A stretch of 62,092 bases of DNA, the filler included, from Sphacelaria rigidula (lineage: Eukaryota), in the NCBI GenBank assembly GCA_964200075.2. It is 10 parts of 10 records of this genome, joined end to end, with 100 filler letters (N's around TTAATTAATTAA, not from the genome) between each part and the next. Parts side by side here need not be neighbours in the genome. Positions count along the whole stretch, not along the records: positions 24,881 to 30,999 come from CAXNAA020022102.1; positions 31,100 to 37,218 come from CAXNAA020022103.1; positions 37,319 to 43,437 come from CAXNAA020022104.1; 7 more parts are not named here. One strand, given 5' to 3'. Below the pieces are notes generated by a model. It did not search any database, was not told where the DNA came from, and was given only the letters and a program-made list of their open reading frames with translations. Positions 25,470 to 38,900 of this stretch are shown here, in pieces (within the stretch, counting starts at the first letter, position 1; each line of letters begins with the position of its first letter). The position numbers and the translations under genes are program-made.

Positions 25470-26600
25470 ATGAGTAGACCCCCCCTTCTCGGGACGAGTT
25501 CGTGACTTCAAGGGATCGACATATCTCTCCCCTTTTACAGGGCTTGTATTGTGGTATCGCGGGTTGGATCATGACCATCAGCACTTCCGCACCGCTTCGA
25601 CTCTCGTCAACTACACTATTTTTCAGGGGATCAGGTCCTCACGTTTTCAGTGATCCCAGAAATCATACACTTTTCAGAAAGGAAAAAGACAATTTCACCT
25701 GGCGGGACTCGCACCGGCGTTCTTCTGGCCTGCATAGTTTCTGTTGTCCCAATATACCACCGGAGGACGACGGTTGTATGTATGCTTTACCCCATGCTAA
25801 TATGAACGCTTTCCGCGCGGTGCTAGAACCAAGATACTTTCACCCGACGGCGAAATTAAGTGTGCCTTTCTCTGCATCACTAAAGCGCCAAAACAATCCT
25901 GACTTCCATCCGTATTGCCAGTGTTTGTGACAAAAGGTTCTCAGTTCGACAGTCGTACCTTGCGCCGTCATATTCTCCGCTGTCGACGATCTGGCTAAAT
26001 CCGGCGTCTTCCCACACCTAGGAGGTCATGCGTAGGGCATATTCGTGCGTGCGGCGTGTTTACATCTTTTCTTGCTCCACCGTAGTATATCTTTCATCCA
26101 AACCCGCTGTCGAAAGACAGGACTCCGCGTCGCAAAAACCGGTGTACAGTAGACATCACTCCTTACACTACGGAAGCATGCGTCACTGCTGTGGCGAACT
26201 GCAGAGGCTCCTCACTACCCAGCATGGTGATTCGCAAGAATTAAGTTTCTCAGGTGGCAGATTTCCCGAATAATTAGATCGTAACAGCAGGGTATGCTTA
26301 TGGACACGGGGAACAATTAACGCACAAGGCCTTTTATTGCATTTTCACGGGTGGGGCACGGTGTGGCGTACGGTGTGTGTGTGAACAAACGGCTCGTCGT
26401 GCTGATACGCTACGTCACACTTTCGGGGTAACCCTTCCAACACGAGCATTCGATGAACCAATGGTTTTCTTTTCCCGTCCATCTCCTCTCTGCCGAATCC
26501 GCCAGCGTCCAAACCATAGGTATACATGTACACATTTCGGGGAAACATGGTACCCGTCGGACACTGTCTGGAATCACGATACATACCTTTCATGTACACA
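25470..26600 (-). pseudogene. Decayed Cys-containing coding relic, possibly the CxC region of a KDZ transposon; diverged paralogues at 28110-28420 and 37352-37612
   Basis: Shared peptides across three copies: GKMRVR...FF...(ES/EN)VRT and LMVMIQSAIPKCKAC-like. TAQGTTVELRTFCHKHWQYGWKSGLF resembles CxC-domain YDG..GLF motifs. The family assignment is tentative. Confidence 0.35.
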
Positions 26601-27112
26601 TACACATACGTATATAAATGTCTATATCTATAAACACATGGTAATCAGGCCTCTGCAGTCCCCGACGGCATCCGAAAAGTATTTCTCCTCCATGTATGTG
26701 CACATCTTAATGTTTTGGTTCCTCCCTCCCTCCCCCATTCGTCTCGAAAGGGATGCGTGGTCAATGGTCAAATGACTAAGGCAAGCAACAAATGAGTACG
26801 CCCCCCCCCTCCCCCATTCGACCCTGCCGGGATTGATGCACCCGAGGTGGGCTGGGGGAGGGCAGGGGAGGCGAAAAACATCCGTCTAGAATGCCTCAGC
26901 TGTTACATGTGTAGTATTGAGCACAAGCCGTCGAGAAAACGGGGCCCAATTGTCACTAGAAACTAACCCGACCGCCAATCGCTGCTTCCCGCTCTGTCAA
27001 AAGTGGCTCGAAACAGTGGAGTGGCAGGGAGGGGGGGTTAGGGGTGCACTCATTTGTTATTTGCCATAGTCGTTTGGCCATTGACCACGCACCCCTTCCG
27101 AGATGGAGCGGT

Positions 27113-27650
27113 TGGGGGGTGTACTCACGATCTTGCATGTCATTCGTCATATGACCGTTGACCTCACATCCCTGCAAAGCCAGGATGGAGCACGCTGGGT
27201 TTTCGCCGGACCAGGCTCGCAATCTATCACCAAGCGCGAAGCGCCGTGGTGTCCTCGGCGAGTCGCATGGCAGGTGGGCTACATCCTGCTAAGATTGCTC
27301 CACCCAAAGCATTTGGATGAAAGCCTGCAATGAGTTGCTTTATTTTCTGGTATCACCATTTCCAGGGACAGCCACGGCTTATACACTGCCTCATGGGTGT
27401 CTCACCATTTAGACAATACGTAGTACAACCATCCATTTTGCGCGGAGTTGAGGTTTTCCCACCCAGCACAATATGATCTAGCTCGCCTACCATCATGGTT
27501 ACGGCAAAAAAAAACGCAAGCGCGCGAAAACAATCGATCACTTGGCTGCCCACCTTACGCAGTGAGGGACGTGTTTTTCAGCGTCATGACCAACAGACAC
27601 CAACCCCATTGGGGGGTCCGCCCCTACAAAAGCGAGACTGCCGGAGCGAT
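27113..27650 (-). mobile_element. About 550-bp SINE-like element with poly(C) tail (family A); copies at 3312-3389, 18285-18560, 24686-24780, 30000-30167, 36860-37145, 38232-38430(-), 39735-40260, 40863-40982(-), 55703-55874, 58250-58348, 58760-59265
   Basis: Conserved 3' end AAAACCCGGCGTGCTCCGTCCCGGCTTTGTAGGGATGCGAGGTCAATGGTCTTATGACTACGGCATGCAAGATCATGAGTACACCCCC. No conserved ORF. Twelve full or partial copies across nine of the ten contigs. Confidence 0.85.
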
Positions 27651-27837
27651 TTGGGGGGGTGGGCTCACCACCATGTCAATCGGTACCACGTACAGCATCG
27701 CCCGCCCCGCCTTGTAAACCACAGACGAAGGCGTATGGACGGGGGACGTTTAACTCAAGGAGTAGAACACTTGCGACATCTGTGACAGAGTATACATAAG
27801 CTTGCATATGTATATATATGTATATGTATGTGACACT

Positions 27838-28080
27838 TTCTACCATAGCCCCCACCCCAAAAATTCCCTGGTTTTGGGAGGCAAAATCTTCACGTAAACC
27901 GAAATGAGAAAAGCCGAGCACAACGAGCTGCTGGGATTTCCCACGCTTGGGTTGGTTCTCGCCAATGTCGCCAATATGAGGCACTTCATGCAGCCTAAAC
28001 CCAAACATCAGGCGCTGTATGACCATTTTTTCGTGACACTTTTGGGCTGTTTATTTTGCGGGGGGGGGGGTATCGTAGAA
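27838..28080. mobile_element. Dispersed repeat/MITE, second copy at about 41265-41510
   Basis: Shared GGAGGCAAAAT...AGCTG(C)TGGGA...TCGCCAATGTCG...TTTTGGG(G)CTG sequence with C-rich/G-rich inverted ends. Confidence 0.6.
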
Positions 28081-30199
28081 AGTGTCGTATGCTCGTCACA
28101 ACTTCAACCCTTTCCCTTTCTCGGGACGAGCCCGTGGTGCCAAGGTATCAACCCATGTCCGCCCCCGGTACATGCTTTGCTAATCGGTATTACGGACTGG
28201 ACCACGACTCCAGCACTGCGTGGACTCTCGGTAAGTACTCTCTTCTTACTACGCAGGCTTTCACGGTTTCAGCGACAGATATCAGATACTTTGTCAGGAA
28301 AAATCCCAATGCATCTGCCGAACCCGCATTTTTCCGAATTTAGTGGTATAAGCTGTGTCATTAGACAACCGAAGCGCGGGGGCAATATGATACGTATCAA
28401 TACAGAGACAGGGTAGCCCGCAAGTTGAAAATACACGCGAAAATAGCGACGTTTGAATTGTGGTATGTGCAGGGAATACATATTTTCGATATCTAGATAA
28501 TGACAAACAATCAAATCCACCGAACACATGTGAGAGGGGGGGGGGCGGGGGGGGGGCATCTTCGCCGTGAGCAGTTGGCAGGGGTGAGAAGTGCCACGTA
28601 AACAGTTGACGAGTTGACACCTCAGCAGTTTTCCTGACGTACGTATACGATTGACTCGAGAAGAGATCAGGGGTGATGCTGCTTTTAACGGACGCCTTTG
28701 CACATTATGAGCACCTCGCACCCGGCGATGTCAAAATGTTAGCTTGTAACCCCTGCAGCGTCATAATCCCGAGGCGTGCGCCCCTTCCAAGGCATGCACA
28801 TCGATACAGATAGACCGCAACGAAATTCTCGGTGACAAGCGTAAAATATGAATCGGGCATCCTGTGAAGCAAAGCCGGGGGAAGAACGCGAATACCAAGA
28901 TGAAGGGAGTTATTCCTGATATTTGTCGGGAGTAAAGCGGACAGAAGATGCGATGTTTTCGCGACCCCTCTCACATTTGATTTTTTGTTGAAAAATTGTT
29001 GTTATTGCTCGACAATGTTCTTCAAGCTACGAAAAAAAAACAAGAATGGAAACTGGAAGCAAAATCTAGACTTTCCTGAAACTACTCCCATTTCCCCCCA
29101 CAGTTGTTTTGTTGATCATATTCTGTCTTTCAGAGTGTGTCACTCTGTCAAAACTCAAACAATGGGAGCAGGATAAGCATTGGACAAAAATCCCACCTCC
29201 GGAACCTTGTCTTCCCTGTATTTCAGAAATGGCGCGCAGGTTGTGTAATTGATAGTAAATACTGTTTTTCGAAAACACACGATAATTGAGCGTGCAATCT
29301 TTCCTTTCCCACGTCCTACGCTAAGCTGTACTTTCATTATAGTAATACGGTACTCTATGAATCCTCTCTTTATCTTATGTTATCGTCGTGTCCATTTTCT
29401 TCAAGAAAAATACGTATAGGCCAGAATCTTCAACACGCAAGGATCCTTCCGTACCTTCCCCGCATCCCCCGTTCCGATGTCGTGCGTACAGCAAAACCCC
29501 ACGCAACACCCCAGCCCCGGCTGTAGAATGACTCGGTACACGCGTGGTGCACCCCCTTTCAAAAGCCGGATCTTCGTAGATACGACCGTTATTGGCAGTC
29601 CGTTCGCCTCGGAGCTATATCTAGCCCTCAGGGCGATGGGACCTGCGGGCACGGTTCTCGAAGTACTACAGGCGTTTCCCTACAGGAGTTGGACATCGGA
29701 AGCAGGACCCGAGGCATCCGCACAGCCCGGGGGGGGGGGGGGGGGGGGGGGAGGAAGGGAGGAGGGTGCCGGAGGGGGTCAATAACCTNNNNNNNNNNTT
29801 CTCTAGGGGGGTGGGAACGGGGAGGCGGGCCCGGGGGCCCCCGCACCGCCGGGGGGGGGGGGGGGGGAGGGGGGGCAGAAGGGAGAAGGGTGCCTGAGTG
29901 AGTTAATAACCTTGAGTTGTTATCACTGCAGCCGTGTTCCTAGACGAATACATAGGCGATGGTGCACGTAACCGACACGGGACAACCCGGTGTGCTCGAC
30001 GCCTGGTTTGGCGAAAACCCGGCGTGCTCCGTCCCGGCTTTGTAGGGATGCGGGTCAATGGTCTTATGATTATGGCATGCATGATCACGAGTAACCCCCT
30101 CCCCCCCCCTGCCCCGTAGGTCAATGGTCTTATGACTAGGGCGTGCGAGATCATGAGTACACCCCTGCACCGTAGTAATAGCTCCGGTGGATTAGCATC

Positions 30200-30760
30200 T
30201 CCCTATGTTTACCATATGGCTGAGTTGAGGCAGATAGTGTGACAACTCTGCAGATAACACCCTCCGAGTGATGGGGTTTGGGGTGGTATACACCGTGACC
30301 TAAGGTAAATGCAATCGCGAGGATCATTCGCGCGTGGTACCCCATGTTATTCTATCAATGACATGAATCGACAGCAAGATAAACATTGCGCGCCCTGACT
30401 TAAAGACCACAGCCATGGCGTACCGCAGGAGACAAGGATCATGAACGCAGGGAGTCGATACACTTTTGATATGTATATACAAGGTTCCCCTTCGGGAGGT
30501 TGGTGCGGGCTCCCCGGGGGTGACGCAAGTCGAGAATATATTTTGTCAAGTTTTCCACGATCTTGAAGAGTTGTGGTTCGGGATTGACACCCCGCGAAAA
30601 AGAGGTCAGTTTGAGCGACTTTCGGTGGCCAGAACACGCGCCACAGGTATCGGCTGGTGCCCAACCCTGAACGGTAATTTACCGCTGAGTCTTCTCGGTG
30701 CGCCTCAATAGGACGTGTGGGAAAAAATACCTTGCCGCCAGAGAGAACTTGGCAAAAGCG
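30200..30760 (-). pseudogene. Possible KDZ (Kyakuja-Dileera-Zisupton) transposase relic
   Basis: Minus strand across frameshifts: RYFFPHVLLRR...DTCGACSGH..., TDLFFAGC, HGCGL*VRARNVYLAVDSCH**NNMG, SAELSHYLPQLSHM. These resemble the KDZ FFP..R, GxF..C, VD.FH..NH and QLSYM motifs as recalled. Confidence 0.4.
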
Positions 30761-31189
30761 GTGAAATGATACATGTACATAATATACATTGCGCGTACAA
30801 GCACTGACAGGGCTTGCACGACTGTGCCTCCTGAAGTGAGAACCTCTACAGTTTCCACGATTTCCATCACATCAGCCTAGATTGTTCACATTCGTACCCG
30901 TTCCACAAACCTCAGATCCTGCTGCGCTCCGATCTTTCCACGGTTAGGAAAAATCATCACGACTCAAAATCACCAAATTCACGATTTCTTCGGCCTGATN
31001 NNNNNNNNNNNNNNNNNNNNNNNNNNNNNNNNNNNNNNNNNNNTTAATTAATTAANNNNNNNNNNNNNNNNNNNNNNNNNNNNNNNNNNNNNNNNNNNNG
31101 CCACTGTTTCGTGCAGACGTCAGACACATCATTCCTAACCAGCTTCATTGGTCGTTCTGGGGGCCCGGTCCCAAAGGGGTTCATTTTTT

Positions 31190-31400
31190 TTTACAACGAG
31201 CAATGACTCGAGTGCTCGCCCTATTATTTTTTCCCACAACGAGTAATGACTCGAGTGCTCACCCTATTATTTTTTCCCACAACGAGCAACGACTCGAGTT
31301 CTCGGCCTATTAATTTTTTCCACAACGAGCGATGACTCGAGTGCTCGCTCTTTTGATTTTTACGGCCAACGAGCAGCCCAACGAGTGCGAGTTCCACGAG
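31190..31400. repeat. Tandem repeat, about 4 x 43 bp
   Basis: ACAACGAGCAATGACTCGAGTGCTCGCCCTATTATTTTTTCCC repeated. Confidence 0.85.
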
Positions 31401-32339
31401 TCACACTCGTGCTCGTCCGACGTGTGAAAACGATACGTAGCACGTGGATTTTGAGGGGGGGTAACGAACACGAAAGAAACTTGAACGATCACAGAAGAAC
31501 TTTTCATAATAGACCACGAGTCCGAGAGATCGTGCAAATTCGCGGCGATGAAATTTTTAATAATGATAGAGCGCCAGAGTGGAGAAAATGTGCGAAAGTA
31601 AAAAAAAAAATGTGATCATAAAGCGCCAGGGTGGAGTAAAGCAAAGGTGCAGCAAAAGTCCCATCACCTAGCACTGACTGAAATTGAGCACGGAGGTGCA
31701 GAACAACAGCCGAGTGGAAAGAGAGTACACAATACTTTGGCCAATAGGAGGGCCGTCACTATTGACACAACCAATCAACAGCAAGCACAACAGCTCGCGA
31801 GAAATCCACACATGGAAAAAAAAGTGGCTGAGAGAGTGGCCCGCTTTGTACGTCACGAGGAATGAGTAGGAGAGGCGGGTTTGAACACACGGAAACCGTT
31901 TTCCCTTTGCATTATCCTTTTCGGCCGTCACTTTCTTTCCCCACCTGGCAACAACTGTTATGGGTGGGACTGGAGGGCCTTACGACCAAAAATCAGTGGC
32001 AAACTAAAAAAAAACAGAAGTGCGGAGGAATGATGAACACATCAGTAGGTGGTCACACCTGTGCCGAGGCCCTCTCCAGCAGAACGCACTCTTCATCACT
32101 TATAAACTCGGTTGACTATGGGACAGCTCTAGCACGGGAGATCGCGCGGTTCTCGACACAGGAAGCAAGCCAGCCCACGGCACTTCACCCCCCCCGCGCA
32201 TAGACACAAGATCTAGGGGATTCTATTCCACTTTTCCTGGCGTCGCGCCAGCAGCGAGAAATCCCCCTCCCAGAGCGCAAAACATCTCGTTTTTGTACGT
32301 TTGGGTTTGTTGCGGCCCAGTATCACGCTCAAACGAAAA

Positions 32340-32420
32340 AGTAAAATAGATTGACCTAGCTTGGGTGTGTGGGAAGCGCACGCAAGAAACTGTAGTCCAA
32401 TCCTCTGCTTCGTCGCCGAG
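32340..32420 (-). repeat. Dispersed repeat; inverted copy at about 10280-10345 in the EsV-1-7 gene intron
   Basis: CGGCAACGAAGCAGAGGATTGGACT...TGCGTGCGCT(C/T)CCCACACACC is shared. Confidence 0.7.
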
Positions 32421-35400
32421 CTCTACGCGTTGCGCGATCGGCACTTTCGGGTTGAGGATTAGAATCTAGCGCTATTAGAGGTCCAACATCGCAAATTAAA
32501 AAAAAGCGGTGCGCACAAGATGCGCATGTTGTTTTTTCTCGCTGCAAGTTGTCACATGCGGTTTGGTTGCGTGTCGGCAGGCGCTGCTGCTTAGTTCTGT
32601 GCGGCTGTGCACAAAAGGCAGTGTCACCCATTCAACAACGAGTATCCCTTCAACTGTCGAATTTCAGAGGGGGAGTTCATAGAAGGAAGACAAAGCTAGC
32701 GGCTGCTTCGTGTCAGAGCTCCAGGGCAGAAGCCGAGGCTTCTAGAGCGATTGTAGTACTTGCACCGCCGTACATCTGCTGGCGACTGTTGTGATCATGT
32801 TCTTGGTAATTATCTGTTTATATTATACTAATGTGAGAGTGAGATGCAATTATGCGACGGTCGACAGCTTCGTTTTGGGCTGCATATTTTTTTCTTGCAG
32901 CGAGCAGTGTGTGACGGTGTTTCACTCTGTGGCGTGCCGCCAGGTGCTGCTTCGTTCTGCACGGCTGTGCACAATGAACAAATTAGCCTTTCAACAGCGA
33001 GTACCCTTCATGTATTGAGTTGCAGAGGGCGACGTAACACATGAACTTCGGCTGTTGGATCTGAGGGTTCCGGCGGAGAAACCAGGGCGCCAAGGGCGAT
33101 TTTTATTTTAGACTACACACTGACTATGTATGAACAGGTCAGCAGAGCCACGGTGTTTCAACTGGCTGTATATACTGAAAATAATATATAAACCATATGC
33201 GATTTACACCAACTTGCATCTTCGACCAAATGCAATTTTTTGGCACCGATGTCACGACATTTGCTATGGTGGCGGTCCGCCATGTGCTGCTCTGTTCTGT
33301 GGGGGAGTGTACGAAGGACAGCCTCACTCATCACGAGCGAATGCCTTTTCACCCCTTGGCTTGTAGAGGACGAGTTCACCGATGAAACACGGCTGTCTTC
33401 TCACACGCATTTTCGAGACAGAACACAAGGGATGCGCAACGCTGCTGCTCATGGTATCCAAGTTTCCGTACTTTCTCGTTCTAGCACGATATCAGGCACG
33501 CCTTTCACTGCAGATGCATTGGTGTGTGGCGGCCACAACTGCTGCTGCTCCTCTTCTTGTCTCGTCATCTTCGCAATGGTGGTGAACGTGGGGTGGCAGC
33601 TCGGGGGCGTGCGCTTCCCGAGTAGTACAGCAGCTGAACACTAGTGCACCAAGAGTTTCCACCCACTGATCTGGAGCGAGTTATCCGGAGGAACAATATC
33701 ATCTCAACACCGAGCACTCACAGGCTTGAAGATATGCACCATGTTTATGGTACATTTTATATGAGCCAGGTTGTTGTTTCTAGGTGACGCATCTATTTTT
33801 TATTGACATGATTCCCCTGATTACGGTCCAATTCTTACGCATATAGCGTTCGTGATCCATCTTCCCGAAATATAGTACACAAAATCGGGGCCCAGTCCCA
33901 CCCATAACTGTAGCAATATTGACTCTTCGAGTCCGCAGTACGGATCCTGCTTTGTTGGTATTTTCTTCCTCTCACCCTTTTGGTACCGGAGATGGAAGAG
34001 TGCTGATTTCGAGGTGCTGTTTTTTTTTCAACGACATAGGGTTGATTGCTTGGAGCCTCCAAGGACCACTCCTTTGCCCAAGGCGTGTTTTTCAGACCCG
34101 CGGCCGCTTCCTACTGGCGGTGAATCGCGTTAATACTGTATCGCACCTCAATCCTTCCACGTGTGGTGAGGGGATTTCTGTGTGCTCGGCCACACTACGT
34201 TGTTTCTGTGATGTGGCTTAGCACGCTCGTCAAGTGCTCGGCGGGTACGACCTCCGGACTGCAGCACAACAATACTCCGTTGGGGTGCGTCACCAAAATA
34301 AATGTGTGACGCAGTGCCACGCGGAACTAAATATACGGAAAATATACAGGTGGTGCTGATTTTTGCTGAATGAAATTCAGAGGTCGTGGTGCTGGTTTTT
34401 GCTGTGTGCACAAAGTGGAACATACTTGACTCCTCACGTCCCCTCATGCAATAAAACTAACCCGACCGCACCGGGGCGACATTTTTTGTGCGAGCATGAC
34501 GTATACCGGTGGGTTCTTCTGTGGCCTTCTGCCGTAAAAATAGTTGTTTTCGGTATATCTTTTTTTTTTCCCATTTTTTCTTCTTTGTCAGCGCTTGAAA
34601 TAATGGGGCGTCTGAACCGGGGACGGGAGGGGAGGGTTCCCAAAGGGTTAATCTCTACTTTGTCTTCAGATCTTTCGCTCTCTTTTTTCCTCTCTTCTCC
34701 CTATTTTCCCTTCCTCATCCCTCCACTTTCCATTTACTTCACTTCCTATTCATCATCGATGCTATAGCGTTCACTCCTACGGAACTAATGTGTTGTTTTG
34801 TTTTTCCTTGAAGGAAGAACGATACCCCACCCAACGCGTCCCCCGCAAGCGGGCTCATGCACTGATTACCCGGAGGCTCGGCTCGGCTCAACCGCCTTGC
34901 CGTGAGAATCCACGTCCGAATAGCGTGCTTCCCTGAAATTTGAGTTGCAACTGGCGTGCCTTCATGGCCTTCCTCCTCTTTCTTTTTCTTCGATTGATCT
35001 TGTACGGCCTCTTTAACTTGAACCATACGACAGAGGCCGCCCATCCTCTGTATTGTTTGTGTTTATTCTTCTTCATTTCTTTCCTGGCAGGACCGGCACT
35101 ACGTCTATCCAGGCGTTACTTCTCTTCACCTTCCCTTCTTCTCCCTAGGACTTTTTTTGTGCTCTTGTCTAGAGTTGCATGTTGTGGATAATGAAATACA
35201 GTACTGGGCGCCTGAACTGTTCATATTGGAAATTTCTTCGTAATCGGCCATTTCATTAGGTTATCTCGGTTGCCACCGCTCATCAAGTTGACTATCTGAA
35301 GATATTTGTATTCGCTACACTTGCTAAGAAAAAATACCATCTGTACTCAATATTGAGCGACTGATGGACTGATCGACCATCGGGGGTCCTACCACGTTTC

Positions 35401-35933
35401 AGCCCAGAGTCTATTTCTTCTGTATTTTCGGTCGATCGAGCATGTTCCGATCGTATTTGTTAAGAAATATACATGATTTTTTTTCTTCAATTTCACCTAC
35501 TCATTGCACTAGAGTCGAATAACTGTGTGTTCACGGTCGATAACGCCCTCCTGATAAATGGCGTATCTACTCGTATCGCCCGATAACACCAAGCAACACT
35601 AACTTGGGCACTGGGGGGAGGGAAGACGATCTGTTCATTTCACCAAAATCTACCGACGCTAGCACTATTGAGTTCTGTCGAAGAATAGAGGTGAGAAAAA
35701 ACCCTTCTGAAAAAATAAATAAATCAGGTGCTCAGCACTATAGGCCGTGCGCGTGCACGCATTTTTCGGATACGATTGGCGGTACCGATCGCGAAGAGTA
35801 CGAGCATGCAAGCTATCAATTAATGGTCACTGTGTGAGCAAAGAGAACAGGGAGGGGGGGGGGGGGGGGGTGGGGGGAGGAAAAAAAGANNNNNNNNNNA
35901 GTGCTGGGGAACGGGTGGGGGTGAGGGGGGAGA

Positions 35934-35964
<31 letters not shown>

Positions 35965-38900
35965 AGTAGAGTGAGTAAAAAAATCCATCAAAAGCTAAGG
36001 CTCTCTGCAGCAGCGCTCCGCAAGCCGACCTAGTAGTAACAAGCAGCAGCCTCTTGCCAGTAAATGGTACATTCGTGTTGTTTCTATTGTTTTTCCGTTG
36101 TTGTTGCTATCATATATCCATGCGTACATATATATATATGTATATACAAGCAGCACTTCGTCAGCGTATATGATTCCGCAGTGCTTTTGCCACCATCTAT
36201 TCATGTACAGAACGACCAGAGGGTGAACCACGGAGAACGGGTACGGTCCCATCTTCTCCTGGGACTGTCTGTGTGTGTCCTGGCGATAGCCTCTTACGCT
36301 ATGGGGGTTCACGGGACCGTCGTGCGTCTTGTGGATTGGAGAATGACATATCTTGCTGGAGGGCAAGAAATAACTCGGATATGTCTTGAACTCAATAGGA
36401 GAGCAGGGCGGGTGGCCCTTATATATACGGGGATAGGCATGGACAATTACAATTTTAATTCAAGACGAACGAGTCTCGGGAGCTTGTTGTATCGTAATCG
36501 ATATGCAGATCTACTGTGCGGGACGTGAAGAGAGGTGGTGATTAATGACACACCGATCCACAACCACTATATTGTGCAGCAAGTATTGCTTGAAGTCTGT
36601 GGACTGTCTTCTGAAGACCCTTCATACATTTATTCTTTACGCAACAGCAATGACAACAGCAACAACAGCTATTTTGTAATTTAATTACGCAGTACATTCG
36701 TACTGTTTGTTGTGACGACTTCTTCATAGATTGATGTACACAAAGAAACAGCCCCACGCTGAGTGTACATGTTCCTGTTTTCGCCATTATGCGTATTTTT
36801 TCAACACAACACCCCTTTGCCGTTTTCTCGGATACTCATACTGTCTACTTCTCCCTCCGCGGCTGTCTCTGGAAGTGGCGATATACTAGATACTGAAGAA
36901 ACGCATTGTAGGTTGCCATCCGTATGCAGGGTAAATCAGTACGCTTCGGGCCGAACAATCTTGGCAGGGTACAGCTCACCCTTCATGCGACTCGCCGAAC
37001 ATGTCACGGCGCTTCACGCTCAGTGATCGATTGCGAACCTGGTCCGACGAAAAGCTGGCGTATTCCGCCAGGCTATGTAGGGATGCGAGGTCAATGGTCA
37101 TGTGGCTACGGGCTACGGCATGAAACATCATGAGAACCCCCCCCCACTCCCGCTCCGTCTCGAAAGGGATGCGTGGTCAATGGTCAAACGACTAAGGCAA
37201 GCAACAAACGAATACGCCNNNNNNNNNNNNNNNNNNNNNNNNNNNNNNNNNNNNNNNNNNNNTTAATTAATTAANNNNNNNNNNNNNNNNNNNNNNNNNN
37301 NNNNNNNNNNNNNNNNNNTAAGGCAAGCAACAAATGAGTACGCCCCCCCCCCCAGTACACATGCCTTACATTTTGGTATCGCAGATTGGATCATGACCAT
37401 CAGCATTCGCCCCTCTTGCGCCGCGTCCACTCTAGTCTAACGGACCCAGCCGAAAATAAATTGTGTTTGATACTGACGTGCGTCCTTACGCTTTCAAGCA
37501 CAGGAGTGAGATCCTCGTGAGAAAAAAAGTCAAACGAGGCGCATTCTGGTTGAAATCGAACTCGCATTTTTCCCGTCCTACAACTGTACAGCAATGGTGC
37601 CAGTTGTACCACTTGTAGTGTAGTGTAGTTTAGCCTGTCACCGTCGATCCCGGGTGGTGTAACTACTTTACGAATGGTTTATCATGGAGGGAAATTGCGG
37701 CTAGATTCGTGGCGGATGAATTTGTGTGCGACAATCAATCAAATCAAATCAGATCGAGTCAAGTCAAATCAAATCGCGGACTCCAGTCCCGGCAAAAACG
37801 ACACGTACAATCTTTTTGTTTGACCCAATTTTCAGGCTTCCGTCGCTCACAGCGTGAGGAACGCGAGAAGAGAAGAGAGGATCGGAGAAACAGTTGGCGG
37901 TGTGCGGGGAGTGTAATAGTAGTGCCAATCCACTCCTCGGTACTAGAACTAGAAGGGCAGCAGCAGCAGCAGCAGCAGCTGCAGCAGCAGCAGCAACAGT
38001 AGTAGTGGGTTGTGGAGTACGAATCTCGACCGTAGCAGGTTTTTTTTCTTCACTTTTTGCGATCCGTCGTCTGAAATCGTGATGAGGACAGCTAGCAAAA
38101 TATAAATATATCAACGCTGACGGCGCTCGCTGGTCATGATCCAATGCGCGATGTTGAAAGTGCCCGGCAGGTATCGCGGTAGAGATGAATGACTTGATCG
38201 CCCATCGAAGCCATGGACTCGCCCCCAGGAGAGGGGGGGGTGTACTCATGATCTTCCATGCCGTAGTTATAAGACCATTGACCTCGCATCACTGCAAAAC
38301 CGAGACGGAGCACGCCGGGTTTTTGCCGGACCAGGCTCGTAATCAATCGCCGAGCGCGAAGCACCCTCGTGTGTTTTGCGAGTCGCATGAGAGGTGATGT
38401 GCATCCTGCTAAGACTTTTCGGACGGAAGCGCACTGATCATCTTGCGTATGGATGCCGGAAGGCGTCCGCATCAGATGCCCAGTACGAATGTACCGCGCA
38501 GATATCGGAATGTTTTTTAATGTGAAGACAACAACAACAACAACAACAACAAACAACAACAACAACAATGGATGACAGCCTTGAATTTATTGATGTTTTT
38601 CTGGTATTGCTACTCCCAGAGACAGCCACGGGTTACGCTACCTCATTTTTTTTCTCTAGTTTCTTTTCTTGGTCTCCTCTGCTTGTTCTATATTTCTACT
38701 TCCTTTGCTCTTCTTCAGCGAGTGTTCTCATTTTGTTCGTTTTTTATCTCGGATAGGTTTATCATGGGACCACGGTTGGATCCCTGCCGCATCTGTTAGA
38801 GAGCGACAATCAATTGATCAATCAATGTATGGTTGTCTCACCATGGAGGGGGGAGGGGCGGGCGGTCAAATAGGCCTCGAAAGGTACAATGGAAACACAC

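Noticed and set aside
36064..36528. 154-aa ORF and the similar-looking region 52900-53380
   Set aside because: No recognisable domain or consistent splice model; probably decayed retroelement sequence.
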